Shown here in pieces: positions 63,428 to 64,000 of a stretch of DNA of 64,000 nt; position 1 is the stretch's first letter, and each line of letters starts with the position of its first letter. The translations under genes were made by a program, and so were the position numbers. The DNA comes from an uncultured Candidatus Saccharibacteria bacterium (GTDB taxonomy: Bacteria; Patescibacteriota; Minisyncoccia; Phycocordibacterales; PALSA-1337). The stretch spans positions 78,775 through 142,774 of the forward strand of contig CAYHNH010000001.1 in assembly GCA_964358005.1 (NCBI GenBank). Reading direction: 5' to 3'. The notes below the pieces were generated by a model. It ran no database searches. It worked only from the letters and a program-made list of their open reading frames with translations, and had not been told where the DNA came from.

Positions 63428-64000
63428 CATGCCCTCATATTCCACGCGCCGACCGCTCGAAACTGGAGAAAAAGACGCTTTGCCTGGCTATTCTGATCTG
63501 TTGGCTCAGCTTTTGTTCCACAGAGGAATCCTCGACACTGCATCGGCGGCGCGATTCATCCAGCCTGACTATGACCGAGACACTCATGACCCGCTCCTCT
63601 TGAAGGACGCCGACAAAGCTTCTGTCCGTATCATCGCGGCGATCGAGAATAAAGAAAAGATCGCGATATATTCGGATTACGACTGCGACGGCATACCGGG
63701 CGCGGCCATGTTCTATGATCTTTTCAGGAGGATAGGCTATACGAACTTTGTCATCTACATCCCTCATCGTCACAACGAGGGTTTTGGCGTGAATGCCGAG
63801 GCCATAGACGAGCTCGCCTCGCAGAGCGTGCAGCTCCTTATCACAGTCGACTGTGGCATATCAGACTATGCGGCCATCGATCATGCCCGCAAGAAGGGAA
63901 TAGAGGTCATCGTCACTGATCACCATGAGCCACCAGAAAAGCTTCCGCCAGCTATGGCAGTCATTGACCCCAAGCAGGCTGACTGTGGCTATCCAGACAA
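63428..64000 (+). CDS. recJ: Single-stranded-DNA-specific exonuclease RecJ, N-terminal DHH domain; the gene continues past the window end
   Basis: [17 protein letters not shown] (DHH motif I), [18 protein letters not shown] (motif III) and VIVTDHHEP (the DHH motif). Confidence 0.8.

Overview
This 64 kb window spans a bacterial chromosomal origin region. dnaA and dnaN lie on the minus strand, divergent from rpmH-rnpA-yidC, with DnaA-box-like 9-mers in both flanking intergenic regions. Overall GC is near 50%, genes are compact, and the standard genetic code applies: long proteins such as DnaA, PNPase and the H+-PPase have no in-frame stops. Housekeeping genes present are rsmA, a UvrD/PcrA-type helicase interrupted by an in-frame TAA, comM, rpsO-pnp, a Xer-type recombinase, xth, cca, rny, clpP, rsmE, tig, the H+-pyrophosphatase, nusA, tpiA-pgk and the 5' end of recJ. 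Four tRNA genes (Arg-TCG, Gly-GCC, Pro-TGG, Gly-TCC) are interleaved with small protein genes. Three accessory systems stand out. The first is a type-IV-secretion/conjugation-like locus at about 5.1-16 kb: VirB4 encoded as two adjacent ORFs, a PrgI/VirB3-like gene, a VirB6-like gene, a VirB2/TrbC-like pilin fused to a long Gly-rich extension, and several signal-peptide proteins. The second is a triplicated array of divergently paired TrmB-family regulators and membrane-anchored PBP1-type substrate-binding proteins at 32.6-38.6 kb, with no permease or ATPase genes in the window. The third is a type IV pilus cluster at 54-60.7 kb: an orphan STAS-domain protein, PilB, PilC, three prepilins with G|F(T/S)(L/V)(T/V)E motifs and a 586-aa Gly-rich pilus-associated protein, with no secretin or PilMNO seen. 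Other observations are a candidate cobalamin riboswitch upstream of a small S-component-like membrane protein, a 65% GC outlier gene, and a small island encoding an XRE regulator, a protein with a CCGNCGQGCC tail and a SAM methyltransferase. The gene content suggests a small-genome, possibly Patescibacteria/CPR-like organism, but that is inference only. No CRISPR array, rRNA, tmRNA or RNase P RNA was recognised.
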